Shown: piece by piece, positions 9,489 to 18,544 of the stretch
Position numbering within the stretch: the stretch's first letter is position 1
How the letters are laid out: each line of letters opens with the position of its first letter
Origin: Hadesarchaea archaeon
GTDB taxonomy: Archaea; Hadarchaeota; Hadarchaeia; Hadarchaeales; WYZ-LMO6
Direction of reading: 5' to 3'
NCBI GenBank assembly: GCA_029259185.1
Contig: JAPDJF010000003.1
Span: 1 to 64,000, forward strand
Length of the DNA stretch: 64,000 nucleotides
Notes under the pieces: model-generated
The model's database searches: none
The model's input: the letters and a program-made list of their open reading frames with translations, nothing else
Told to the model about the DNA's origin: nothing
Translations under genes and position numbers: made by a program

Positions 9489-10859
9489 TCAGTTTTTTGC
9501 GCTTCTTATAGTTCTACTTATTTGTCCCCCTCTTTTCAAGAAGCGAGCAGGCTTCCATTTCGGAACTTCCATGATCGTTCCTCTCCCAAAGAGTCCTCCG
9601 AAATCCACGGTCTGTCCAGCCTTCTTTCCGGGCACTGGGATTATCCTAACAGCCGTTGTTTTGTCGTTTACTATTCCTATCGCCGCTTCGTCCACGATGA
9701 TTCCTGCAATAGTCCACTCGTCCGTGTCGCCTGGAAGGCATATCATGTCCAGCCCCACCGAGCAGACGCTGGTAAGAGCTTCCAACTTCTGGAGATTCAT
9801 CACTCCTTCCCTAACCCTTCTATTCATCCCCGCGTCCTCGCTCACTGGGATAAAAGTCCCACTTAGTCCCCCGATACGTGTGCATGCCATCATCCCTCCT
9901 TTTTTTATGCAGTCTATGAGCATAGCCACCGCCGCCGTCGTACCTGGAATTCCACATCGTTCGATCCCCATTTTCTCCACGACATCCGCAATACTGTCTC
10001 CTTTGGCAGTAGTCGGAGCGATCGAGGTGTCTACTATTCCGAACTTTACCCCCATGCGTTTCGCCACCTCTTTTCCTATGAGTTCTCCGACACGTGTTAT
10101 CTTGAAAGCAGCTCGCTTGATGCAGTCGCTTAATTCGTCAATGTTTCCGTCGCACCTCTCTACAGCCGCCCTTATCGCGCTCGGACCGCTTATGCCTACG
10201 TTTACTGTGGTTTCGCCTTCTTCTACCCCATGAAATGCTCCTGCCATAAACGGGTTGTCGCTAGGCGCGTTACAGAAGACGACGAGCTTGGCACACCCCA
10301 CCCCCTTGTGTTTCCTTGTCTTTTCCGCAGTTTCCTTGATCCTCCTCGCCATAACGTTTACGGCATCCACGTTTATCCCGGCCTTGGTGCTTGCCACGTT
10401 GACACTAGAGCACACCCTTGAGGTCTGGCCCAGTGTAGCGGGGATAGCGTCCATCAGCGCTATGTCCGATTTCGTCATTCCTTTCTCGACGAGGGCTGTG
10501 AATCCACCTATCATATCCACTCCAACCTCTCGCGCTGAGTCGTCCAAGGCGAAACCTATCTCGACGGCATTTTCTACGGTTGGAAAGCGTGCGAGCAGGA
10601 ACGAGATGGGCGTGACAGCAATTCGTTTGTTGGTTACCGAAACTCCGAATTCATCCGAAACTGAGTCAATAGTTTCGGTGAAGTTCATCGCGACTTCGAC
10701 TATTTTTTTCTTCACATTAGCAGCGGTTTTTGATGCGTCGCTTCCAACGCAATCGAAAAGGTTTATGCCGAGGGTCACGGCCCTTATCTCAAGCTTTTCA
10801 ACATATAGCATTTTGAACGTTTCGAGTATTTCCTCGCTGGCGAATTTCAGGGAATTCAC
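9489..10859 (-). CDS. DUF711/UPF0210 (PFL-like) protein
   Basis: NKRIAVTP, AKLVVFCNA..DNPFMAGAFHG, GGLSG.FIPVSED, CSVGLDM. Confidence 0.9.
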   Translation of the reverse strand: MNSLKFASEEILETFKMLYVEKLEIRAVTLGINLFDCVGSDASKTAANVKKKIVEVAMNFTETIDSVSDEFGVSVTNKRIAVTPISFLLARFPTVENAVEIGFALDDSAREVGVDMIGGFTALVEKGMTKSDIALMDAIPATLGQTSRVCSSVNVASTKAGINVDAVNVMARRIKETAEKTRKHKGVGCAKLVVFCNAPSDNPFMAGAFHGVEEGETTVNVGISGPSAIRAAVERCDGNIDELSDCIKRAAFKITRVGELIGKEVAKRMGVKFGIVDTSIAPTTAKGDSIADVVEKMGIERCGIPGTTAAVAMLIDCIKKGGMMACTRIGGLSGTFIPVSEDAGMNRRVREGVMNLQKLEALTSVCSVGLDMICLPGDTDEWTIAGIIVDEAAIGIVNDKTTAVRIIPVPGKKAGQTVDFGGLFGRGTIMEVPKWKPARFLKRGGQISRTIRSAKN

Positions 10860-10860
10860 C

Positions 10861-11127
10861 TCAAATGCGATGCATAGCTTTAAATATCTCTTCTCTCTGA
10901 ACAACTACTTTCATTCCTATTTTTCTCCCCGCAGCTACCACCGCTCGCTTGAGTTCGTTAAAGCTCTTGTCCTTCCCCGTTTCACACACTATCAACATCA
11001 CGAACTCATCCCTGAGTCTAGAGGAGGTTAGGTCCTCGATATTGGCACCCACCTCAGCGAGTGCGTTCGAAATCGCCGCCACAATGCCTATCCTATCTTT
11101 TCCGACCGCGGTTATGATGACTTTCAT
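10861..11127 (-). CDS. ACT domain protein (UPF0237)
   Basis: MKVIITAVGKDRIGIVA...IF.AMHRI; typical partner of DUF711. Confidence 0.9.
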   Translation of the reverse strand: MKVIITAVGKDRIGIVAAISNALAEVGANIEDLTSSRLRDEFVMLIVCETGKDKSFNELKRAVVAAGRKIGMKVVVQREEIFKAMHRI

Positions 11128-11143
11128 CCTATCAATTCTCGCT

Positions 11144-11908
11144 CTACCTCTTGGTTGGTTCAGTTTCTTCTTTTTTATAGCTGATCGGTTTTCTCGGAAC
11201 CTGAGGAATATCCTCTCCACTCGAAGTCAGATTGATGAGAGGCGCGCCTAGCTTGCTAAGCCATCCTAATAGTTCCTTGCATATCTTCAGTTTAATCCTC
11301 TTTTTGTGCACATTTTTTCTTCCAGAGTATTTCCCGATTTTCGTCCCGAGATCCATTCCCGCTAGGTGTATCTTGAATGCTCCAAGTTCATAGGCCATGA
11401 ACGCGGCGCGGTCTCCATCGGTGAACCCTCCGAAGTTGAAGAGCTTACCGAATGGCTTTGTCTGGGTGGTGCCTATAACCCGTTCCCGCAATCTAGGGAG
11501 AATCTCTCTTATGGTCTTTACGTTGTCCCCATGTCCATGAACGATCATCCATGCCCCCTTCCTCCATGCTTCAATTTGATCTGGGACATTCCCATCCAGA
11601 TCCGTAACTATTATGTGCGGAACCCTGAACCGAAGTAGACCGGAGGTAGCTCCGTCCGCGCAGATCAGAGTATTCTCTCTCAGGTACCCGAATTTCTCTA
11701 ATTTTTCCAAGTCCCTCTCTAGGGATGGTCCCGCTCCCAAGATCAAACACTCTCTTCCCCGAATGAGTTTTTTCAGAGCCGAGAGACGGGGTCTCGGCAG
11801 ATTTTCGTTCAGGAGCTTTGCAGCCTCGAAATCCCGTGTGGGGTCAAGGCCTAATCGAGTGGTTATCCATTCATACCAAGGTCTCCACTTGCTCCATTCC
11901 ATGTTCAC
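11144..11908 (-). CDS. mptE: 6-hydroxymethyl-7,8-dihydropterin pyrophosphokinase
   Basis: GAGPSL, ADGA, VTDLDG, H.HGDN, NFGGFTDGDRA. Confidence 0.88.
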   Translation of the reverse strand: MNMEWSKWRPWYEWITTRLGLDPTRDFEAAKLLNENLPRPRLSALKKLIRGRECLILGAGPSLERDLEKLEKFGYLRENTLICADGATSGLLRFRVPHIIVTDLDGNVPDQIEAWRKGAWMIVHGHGDNVKTIREILPRLRERVIGTTQTKPFGKLFNFGGFTDGDRAAFMAYELGAFKIHLAGMDLGTKIGKYSGRKNVHKKRIKLKICKELLGWLSKLGAPLINLTSSGEDIPQVPRKPISYKKEETEPTKR

Positions 11909-12088
11909 ACGAGCCCAAACACGCTTTCATCCATTTCGAAGAATGTGGGTGGGGCAGTGGTTTGAAGTCTTTCACGGAGCTCCGAGCGAAGAGCGGGAAT
12001 AGGGAGGACCGCAATGCTTAAGATCGCCGAGATGGCTAGCCTCTTCAACCTATCCCATTAGACTTATCCAGAGTAAAGTTTAATCGTT

Positions 12089-13087
12089 GTGAGCCGATGC
12101 GTGAGAAGTGATGGGGTGATAACAGCCTCAAGTCCCGGCGCGATATTTTTCTTCGGGGAGCATGCCGTAGTCTATGGATATCCAGCCCTGATCACAGCCG
12201 TCGATCGGAGAGTAGTGGTAAGCGAGAGGAAAAGGGGCGACGATAGGGTGGAGGTATTTTCTAAAAAACTGGGGAGCTTGAGTGGACGGGTGAAAATTGG
12301 AAAAAAACCCGTGATAAGGATTTTGAGGGGAGATCCCCAGAAGTTCGCTTACCTCATCAAAGCTCTCGAATTGACTTTTGCAGAGGTTGGAAGGTCGTGC
12401 GGGTTGAACATAGAAGTTTCTTCGGATATCCCTATGGGGTCTGGTCTCTCGAGTTCTTCTGCTGTTAGCGTAGCTACCGTGGCGGCTACAGCTAGGGTAC
12501 TAAACGAGGAGCTGTCTCTTAGCGAAGTGACAGAGTTGGCTTTCAAAACGGAGCTTGAGGTTCAGTCCATAGCAAGCAGAGCGGGTGTTGCGGTGGCCAC
12601 GTATGGTGGATTCCTCTGGCTTAGACACAACAAGATCAAGCGGTTGAATAAGATTCCCCAAGTGAAAGTGGTGGTTGGAAACACGAATGTTCCATGTTCT
12701 ACGAGTTCGATGGTGCGGAAAGTCCGTCAGCTCAAAGAAGACCACCCCTCTGCGGTGGAATGTATTTTCAGATTGATAGGTACTCTAACCGAAGTTGGGA
12801 TCGAATCAATTAAAAAGAGAGATTTTGAGAGAACGGGGAAGTTGATGGATATAAACCAAGCGTGTCTTTCAGCTTTAGGTGTCAGCTCACCTGAGCTTGA
12901 GAGGTTGATCGGAGCAGCGAGAAGCGCGGGGGCACTGGGGGCAAAACTTACAGGTGGTGGGGGCGGGGGATGCATGGTTGCCCTTGTGGGAGACAGGAGT
13001 CAAAGTGTTGTTAAGGCCGTTCGGGCAGCTGGTGGTTTACCTATGTTGATGGTGTTGGGTGTTCAAGGATTAAAGACAAAAAACTGA
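12089..13087 (+). CDS. mvk: Mevalonate kinase
   Basis: GEHAVVYG.PA, P.GSGLSSSSA, GAKLTGGGGGGC GHMP motifs. Confidence 0.88.
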   Translation: MSRCVRSDGVITASSPGAIFFFGEHAVVYGYPALITAVDRRVVVSERKRGDDRVEVFSKKLGSLSGRVKIGKKPVIRILRGDPQKFAYLIKALELTFAEVGRSCGLNIEVSSDIPMGSGLSSSSAVSVATVAATARVLNEELSLSEVTELAFKTELEVQSIASRAGVAVATYGGFLWLRHNKIKRLNKIPQVKVVVGNTNVPCSTSSMVRKVRQLKEDHPSAVECIFRLIGTLTEVGIESIKKRDFERTGKLMDINQACLSALGVSSPELERLIGAARSAGALGAKLTGGGGGGCMVALVGDRSQSVVKAVRAAGGLPMLMVLGVQGLKTKN

Positions 13088-13174
13088 TCGACTAACTACG
13101 GAACTTTTCCGACCGATTTCCTCCCCAGAGGCAGGATGTATATCTGCCTCGCCGACGGGCTTGGATAGATTCGC

Positions 13175-13845
13175 TCATATTTTCCCTTTTTTCAACAGCC
13201 AGATCCCAGCGGTTAGGATAACGAGCTCAGATAGAAAATCCCACCAGAACCACAAGGTGAAAACAGTGTTGCTCCAAAAGTTGGTGTACGGTTCTCCACC
13301 TATGGGGATTCCGAGCGCCGCTGTCGGATAGATGACCCCGAAGCAGAAGATCTCAAAGAGGATCACTCCAATCAACATCAGACGGTAGCTGGGTGAGCGC
13401 TGGGGCGTCGATTTCGTCATGAAGAGGATTCCGAACATCAGCGAGAAGGAGCTTGTCTCCATAAACAGACTGTCGAGCACCCAATGCCGTGGGAGATCTG
13501 GTTCTCCCGACCACCAGATGGCATGAACAACATTCACGAGAAAATTCCGAAAAGGAAAGCTCCGATGGAGATCCAACGCTTGTCACGATGAAGTCTAAAA
13601 TCCAAGCTCGGACGCCACATCTCCGTGAGAAGCCCGACGACGATCAACGGGTAGCCCACGAGAGCGCTTGAATACATAGCGATTGCAAATAAGAATGGAT
13701 GAATGTTCGCCGGAACCAATCCACGTTCAATCAGCGATGAAGCGAACCTGACCATCCACGTCAGGAGGATCAGAGTGAAAATTAGAGTAAAAGCACGATG
13801 AAATGGATTTTTCACTTTAACTCTCAGAAAAGGTCTGTTTGACAT
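13175..13845 (-). pseudogene. Membrane protein split by a frameshift into ORFs 13534-13845 and 13175-13576
   Basis: Adding one T to the TTTT run near 13543 joins GAFLFGIF to LVNVVHAIWW into one continuous hydrophobic protein. Confidence 0.55.
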
Positions 13846-15991
13846 TATTTCTGACCTCTTTTTCGCCTAGGGGTTTCTTCGGAAAACGTGCCCATCCATC
13901 AACGCAGAGCCGGAATACGAGCCCAAACAATCCAACCGTGAGTGGGACTGCTACTAAGAGTTTCACAAGCCCATACGCCCAAGTTCCATAAAGCACCTGC
14001 GACAGCTCGATCGGAAGAAGGATGAAAGCGAAGAGTGGGTTCGGGTTAACCTTAACTTCGGCTGTGAGTTGTGAGGATTCCTCATGGGTGGGCTGGATGG
14101 GAAGGTTTTCCCACTCAGCATTTTCCCAATATGGCGTGTTCTCCAAGCGGAAAACGATATAAAGCTCGTTCGTCGCCACTGTTTCGATCCCGAGCTTATT
14201 CACTTCCAAGTTCTCCGCCCGCCAAGCTTCTGTTAGATATAAACACAGCTTCCCTCTATCGTTCTCGCGCATTTCCAACTCATCCGGCAAATTTTCCCAA
14301 GCAATCGGGCTTCTCAGATCGACTTCGCGGTTTCTCAGTGATTGATACGCCCACTCCTCATTCTCGAGCTCAGGCAACGCCACTATCACCGTGGAGTCAA
14401 TGGGAATTTCATCACCCAGATCTGTTAGAGAGGCGATGGAATTCTCCAGTTCCAAAACTACTGTTTTTGAATTTTGAACCCCAGTGTTTTCTAAACCAAA
14501 CTTCTCCAAATTTTCATTTTCAACAACCTCAATTGGAATTAAAAGCAAACACTTTTGCTGAAAATCATACTGTCTATCTATCAACCTCTTTGTCACCTCT
14601 TCCAGTGGCAGAGGAGCTTCACCTTCAGAACACAGGTGCTCGACATCCTGGCCGAGAATCAGGTCGTCCCAATACTCGAAATCAAAGAAGTACTCCGAGT
14701 GCCCGGCCACAAGAATGCAGTTCTCCGGGAGCTGTTTTCTGAGCCCGGCTGAGAACCCCCATTTCTCCACAGAAAGGGCTCCTGGACCCACCGCCCCGGC
14801 GATGAGCCCAACTCCTATAAACATCCCTATTGCAAAAGCGGCCAATGTGCCGATAAGGCCTATCGAGAGCTTATTGTGTCTCTTAGCTATAGTAGCCCCA
14901 AAAGCGACAAGAGGAACGATCGCGACCATTGTAAGAACCCCAAATCTGAAAGAATACAAAGGATCTATCACCCAAGGTTGGGCACACACCATCCCTGCAA
15001 GCAGGGCAACAGCCAGCAAATAGACTGATCTATCACGGTGCTTGAGCACCAAGAAAAATGCGATGAACCCAACGAGAATGAACGGGAGAAAAGCTGTTCC
15101 GGGGATTCCTACCGCTGTAAGAGTGAAAGGGAAGAGGCTGTCCGGCATCGGTTGACTCTCAGCGATGGCGTTCGTGACGCCGACGATTTTTTCTCTGAGA
15201 GGAGCCGAAGTCATTCCGGCCAAGATGAGCAAAACGAGGACTCCTAGGAACTTCAACTCCCGGAATGGGAGTATTCGATGGTATCCCAATTGAAACATCA
15301 CATGAGCCACAATCGTTATGAATATGAAACCAGTGGTCAGGAAGTGGCTTACCGTCAAAAGGCCGAAGAGCACAATTGAGAGAATAAAGTTCTGGTTCAA
15401 ACGCAAGACCTTGAAATCAACAATTTTTCCTTCTCCTCGGATGAACTTGATGAAGAAGAGGTAAAAGAGAGGCATCAAAGCCATCGCGGCCATGTTTTTG
15501 AGGATTCCTACTTTGACCGACAAAGCACAACTCATGAGAGCATATACGGCAGTCACTATAAGCGAAATCCGATCATTTTTTGTTAGATAGTGAATCAGGG
15601 TAAAAGCCGACAACACCATCAGTGGGAAAAATATAGCTTGGGCGATTTTTGTCCCGAGGGTGAGGTCGTTGGTTAGAACCGAAAACGCGGTGGCCGTGTA
15701 AAAAGCTACTGGCTGGTAGGGTTCGGGAAGTGGCTTGCCTTGCAGAAACTCGCGAATCGCGTAGGGGTAATAGGGAGCGTCAACTCCGGAGATCAGAGGA
15801 TTTGAAAGTACTCCAATCACCGCTCCGAGAAAAGTTATGGAGAAAATGGTGAGCGCGATTAGGAGGGTTTTTCGTCTCATTTGCCGTCTGAGGAGAAAAA
15901 ATGCCACCAACCATACAACCACCAGCAAGAACAAAATCAAGAGGCCGCCGGAAACACTTAGTCCAGCATACTTTCCTTCCAGTCCTTCCAC
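13817..15991 (-). CDS. Large polytopic membrane protein, possible GT-C-type glycosyltransferase
   Basis: More than 12 hydrophobic segments, GVDAPYY motif after the N-terminal TMs, acidic C-terminal domain with an internal repeat. Confidence 0.55.
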   Translation of the reverse strand: MEGLEGKYAGLSVSGGLLILFLLVVVWLVAFFLLRRQMRRKTLLIALTIFSITFLGAVIGVLSNPLISGVDAPYYPYAIREFLQGKPLPEPYQPVAFYTATAFSVLTNDLTLGTKIAQAIFFPLMVLSAFTLIHYLTKNDRISLIVTAVYALMSCALSVKVGILKNMAAMALMPLFYLFFIKFIRGEGKIVDFKVLRLNQNFILSIVLFGLLTVSHFLTTGFIFITIVAHVMFQLGYHRILPFRELKFLGVLVLLILAGMTSAPLREKIVGVTNAIAESQPMPDSLFPFTLTAVGIPGTAFLPFILVGFIAFFLVLKHRDRSVYLLAVALLAGMVCAQPWVIDPLYSFRFGVLTMVAIVPLVAFGATIAKRHNKLSIGLIGTLAAFAIGMFIGVGLIAGAVGPGALSVEKWGFSAGLRKQLPENCILVAGHSEYFFDFEYWDDLILGQDVEHLCSEGEAPLPLEEVTKRLIDRQYDFQQKCLLLIPIEVVENENLEKFGLENTGVQNSKTVVLELENSIASLTDLGDEIPIDSTVIVALPELENEEWAYQSLRNREVDLRSPIAWENLPDELEMRENDRGKLCLYLTEAWRAENLEVNKLGIETVATNELYIVFRLENTPYWENAEWENLPIQPTHEESSQLTAEVKVNPNPLFAFILLPIELSQVLYGTWAYGLVKLLVAVPLTVGLFGLVFRLCVDGWARFPKKPLGEKEVRNNVKQTFSES

Positions 15992-15995
15992 CCTC

Positions 15996-16784
15996 TCACC
16001 TCTTCAATTTCCCAGCTCTTTGTCGGCGAAGGGAGATGATAGAGGCCGGAAAGAAGGCCAGCGCGATCATAACGTCGGTAAGTGCTCCGAGGTTGAATGA
16101 TCCTCCCCAGAGGAACTGGAACGCGTAGCGGAAACCCGTGTCCATCCCGGGGGGCTGTCCGACATAGAGGAGGAGGAAAAAGCCCATTATGATAGCCACC
16201 AAGATGTTAAGCCGTCGCGGTGGGTACAGCAGGAGGAGGAAGCCGTAAACCATACCCAGAATGGCCGTTTCGTTGAGACCCAGCGGACCCCACTCCCCGG
16301 GCAGGACCTGAAGACCATTCAAGAAGCCGAAAAGGATGCCGATGATGGCGAGCGGATAGAAAATCTTTTCTCTGTTCAGGTCGAGACCAGCAGTAGGTCG
16401 GATTGCTTCACTCGCAAATGTCAAGTAGAACAGCGTGAAAATTAGCCAGATTGGAAACGCCAACAGTGCTACCGGGACCAGAAACCACGGGAGGATCTCC
16501 GCTACATCCATTGTGCCCATTTCGTAGGGTTTGGTGCCAGGAATCACGGTTGAGAGAACGTAGCTGAACATCAGTACGGCCGCCCAAGCCATTAGAATGC
16601 GGTACCACTGAAGCCGGCGGTTTTCCGGCACGAGGAAGTAGGCAGAGCACACGAGGAGAGTGGCAAGCGTGCTGTCGACTTGGAGACCCGGCCTCCAGCG
16701 CGGGTTCTCAGATGAATAGATTAGCCCAGCTACTCCCGCGATCGCGAGAACAGCAATAATGGAGAGCGCCACTAAAATCTTCAT
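15996..16784 (-). CDS. Hypothetical multi-pass membrane protein
   Basis: Starts MKILVALSII; about 7 hydrophobic segments; the upstream ORF extension runs through an IS relic. Confidence 0.7.
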   Translation of the reverse strand: MKILVALSIIAVLAIAGVAGLIYSSENPRWRPGLQVDSTLATLLVCSAYFLVPENRRLQWYRILMAWAAVLMFSYVLSTVIPGTKPYEMGTMDVAEILPWFLVPVALLAFPIWLIFTLFYLTFASEAIRPTAGLDLNREKIFYPLAIIGILFGFLNGLQVLPGEWGPLGLNETAILGMVYGFLLLLYPPRRLNILVAIIMGFFLLLYVGQPPGMDTGFRYAFQFLWGGSFNLGALTDVMIALAFFPASIISLRRQRAGKLKR

Positions 16785-17006
16785 TTTGACCACCGCGGAA
16801 GGTTTAAGGCACTTCCGCGGGGAGAAACGGCTTGGATGTGGTCCGGATACCCGAAAACCCGAATAGTGCTCCGGACCGAAGCGGGCGGAGGAGTCGAGCA
16901 GGCTCGCTCTAGACTGGCCGCCGTCAACCGGCCCCGTGCGGGTCTGAGCGTCTTCGGACATGATGATCCCCATGCAAGCCCCTTCCTTTAGGCAGGGGTA
17001 GTTGAC
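16785..17006 (+). mobile_element. Non-autonomous IS200/IS605-family relic (TAM TTCAT) with omegaRNA-type right end
   Basis: Left GACCACCGCG shared with 59674 and 61726; 3' ~90 nt closely similar to 62555-62641; ends CAAG-hairpin-GTAGTTGAC. Confidence 0.8.
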
Positions 17007-17209
17007 TCAGCCACTCTACTCCGAGACGCGATTTAGTCTTTTGCGTGTGGACATCGTTCAAATAAAAGCCTCCTCCCAAGCTTTTAGCTCTCCTTCTTCG
17101 CCTGATCACGAACTTCGTCCGTCATGGCAGACGGGAGACGCCAGCGCACCAAGCATGGGTCTGGCCGGAGCTTGGATGAAATAGCTGGATGGATAATCGC
17201 GCTCGCGCG

Positions 17210-17365
17210 CGCTCGGTGAGTGTCTACGCTGTGGCTCCAAAACGCCATCCAGACCCGGTGATGGATATCTCTCTCTAGGGCGAAAAAAAGTAATTCGAAG
17301 CCCTAAGCCGGTTAGCGACGCGGAGGTGCACAGCTTTGTGGAGCTGGAGCAGACGCTTGATGCTT
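17210..17365 (+). repeat. Degenerate direct repeat copy 1 (decayed CxxC coding fragment)
   Basis: CGCTCGGTGAGTGT..GCTGTG.CTCCAAAACGCC..CCAGACC also present at 18290-18443. Confidence 0.65.
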
Positions 17366-17448
17366 CCACGTTGAGTTCAGCAGGGAGTCACGAGTTTTCG
17401 AAGAAAACCAGAAATGTGAAAAATATGTAAGTGGGCGGGGTGGTTTTT

Positions 17449-17580
17449 GAGAGGGCCAGAACGGTTCGAATTTACGCTTGTGGACATCGAGATGCTCGTG
17501 ACCCGCTCCGGTGGGGATCGAGTCCGGTGGATGAACTCAATGCAGAGCGCAATCCCTTTCCGAAAGGGAGGTAGTGAGGC
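17449..17580 (+). mobile_element. Decayed IS605-type right end / omegaRNA fragment
   Basis: GAGAGGGCCA, GGACAT, GTGACCCG, GGGATCGAGTCCGGTGGATGAA shared with the reverse complement of 62720-62850; terminal CCCTTTCCGAAAGGG hairpin followed by GGTAGTGA. Confidence 0.5.
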
Positions 17581-17612
17581 GAAAATATTTATGGAGAAAC
17601 AACAAACCAATG

Positions 17613-17904
17613 GCCGGTTAGGTTCCGAAGGAGATCAACACGCCTCTTTCGTATGGGGCGTGGGCTTCGGAGAACGCCACCCAGCAGGCGTCAAACGCGC
17701 TGGGCGGTCAACTCTCCGAAATAGAAGTGCATCGGGCGAAAGCCGCAAAGCTGGTCGGAACCTGACTGAGGCGGCTCGGTATATCCGAACCGCCGGGGGC
17801 GCTACCGTGAGCACCCACGGTGGAGTGACCGCGCCCGAAAGTCCCGCCGGCAATGGCGTGCAAAGGACAACCGGAAGCCCCGTCCGAAAGGGCGGTCACT
17901 TCCG
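17613..17904 (+). ncRNA. Candidate ~290-nt highly structured ncRNA directly upstream of tRNA-Val
   Basis: TATTTATG box at 17586-17593; 14-bp helix 17615-17628/17755-17768; many nested hairpins with GNRA loops; ends 3 nt before the tRNA. Confidence 0.68.
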
Positions 17905-17907
17905 TAT

Positions 17908-18004
17908 GGGCCCGTGGTCTAGTGGTCATGAGGGGAGAACGGATCCCCTGACAAACGTCGCCTTGACGAGGCGAAGATCCTGGGTTCGAATCCCAGCGGG
18001 CCCA
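17908..18004 (+). tRNA. tRNA-Val(GAC) with 24-nt intron (17931-17954) at 23/24
   Basis: GTCA/TGAC helix with TGA and AAA bulges; anticodon arm TCGCC-TTGACGA-GGCGA; GGTTCGAATCC. Confidence 0.9.
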
Positions 18005-18028
18005 CCTTCTTTTGGATCGACTGAAGAG

Positions 18029-18160
18029 ATGGTCGAGCGGAAGCAGACCTACGCCGAGCGCCTGCTGGGGGATGCGGAGGACAGAGGGTGTGTCGGAAGC
18101 TACACCGAGTCGGCGCTCAAGACGATCAAATGTAATATTGAAACGAGAAAGCATTTTTGA
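18029..18160 (+). pseudogene. Possible tyrosine integrase fragment
   Basis: AERLL...RGCVGSYTESALKTIK resembles the core-binding helix of archaeal integrases; lies immediately 3' of a tRNA. Confidence 0.35.
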
Positions 18161-18289
18161 AGACTTCAAATTTATGCACATAAAAATCGACTACAAAGGT
18201 CCTCTTCGGGACTTTTGACCTCTACCGTTGAGTGATATCTGAAGGCTGGTCTCGAGGAGGGTTCGAAGTGGGGCCGAAGCGTCCACGCT

Positions 18290-18443
18290 CGCTCGGTGAG
18301 TGTTCATGCTGTGACTCCAAAACGCCCACCAGACCAAGTGATTGGTATTTTCCCCAGTCAAAAAAAAGTCGTGTCCGAGATTTCAAACGGCTGATAACGT
18401 AAAGATCGCATTTCGCGGGGGTTGGTAGGAACACTCGATGCTT
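18290..18443 (+). repeat. Degenerate direct repeat copy 2
   Basis: Homologous to 17210-17365, through AC.CT.GATGCTT. Confidence 0.65.
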
Positions 18444-18544
18444 ATGCATCAGGTCGTAAGAAAGAGAGGTCACAAATTCCGAACAAAACCCTCGGTAGAA
18501 AAGCTGAAAAACTTGGCCAGTTGAATTCTCCGGCCATTGTTTGT

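Noticed and set aside
9571-11031. Long antisense ORFs opposite DUF711 (and 32446-33387, 24153-24905, 38781-39527)
   Set aside because: Shadow frames of well-supported genes
17613-17904. RNase P or SRP RNA identity (contains GAAAGTCC, ~300 nt)
   Set aside because: No ACAGAA..GCTTA P4 partner and no SRP helix-8 GCCAGG..GGAA..AGCA motif
17447-18160. 237-aa ORF on the + strand
   Set aside because: Runs through the structured RNA and tRNA-Val; a GC-rich open frame with no protein-like motifs except the short tail treated separately
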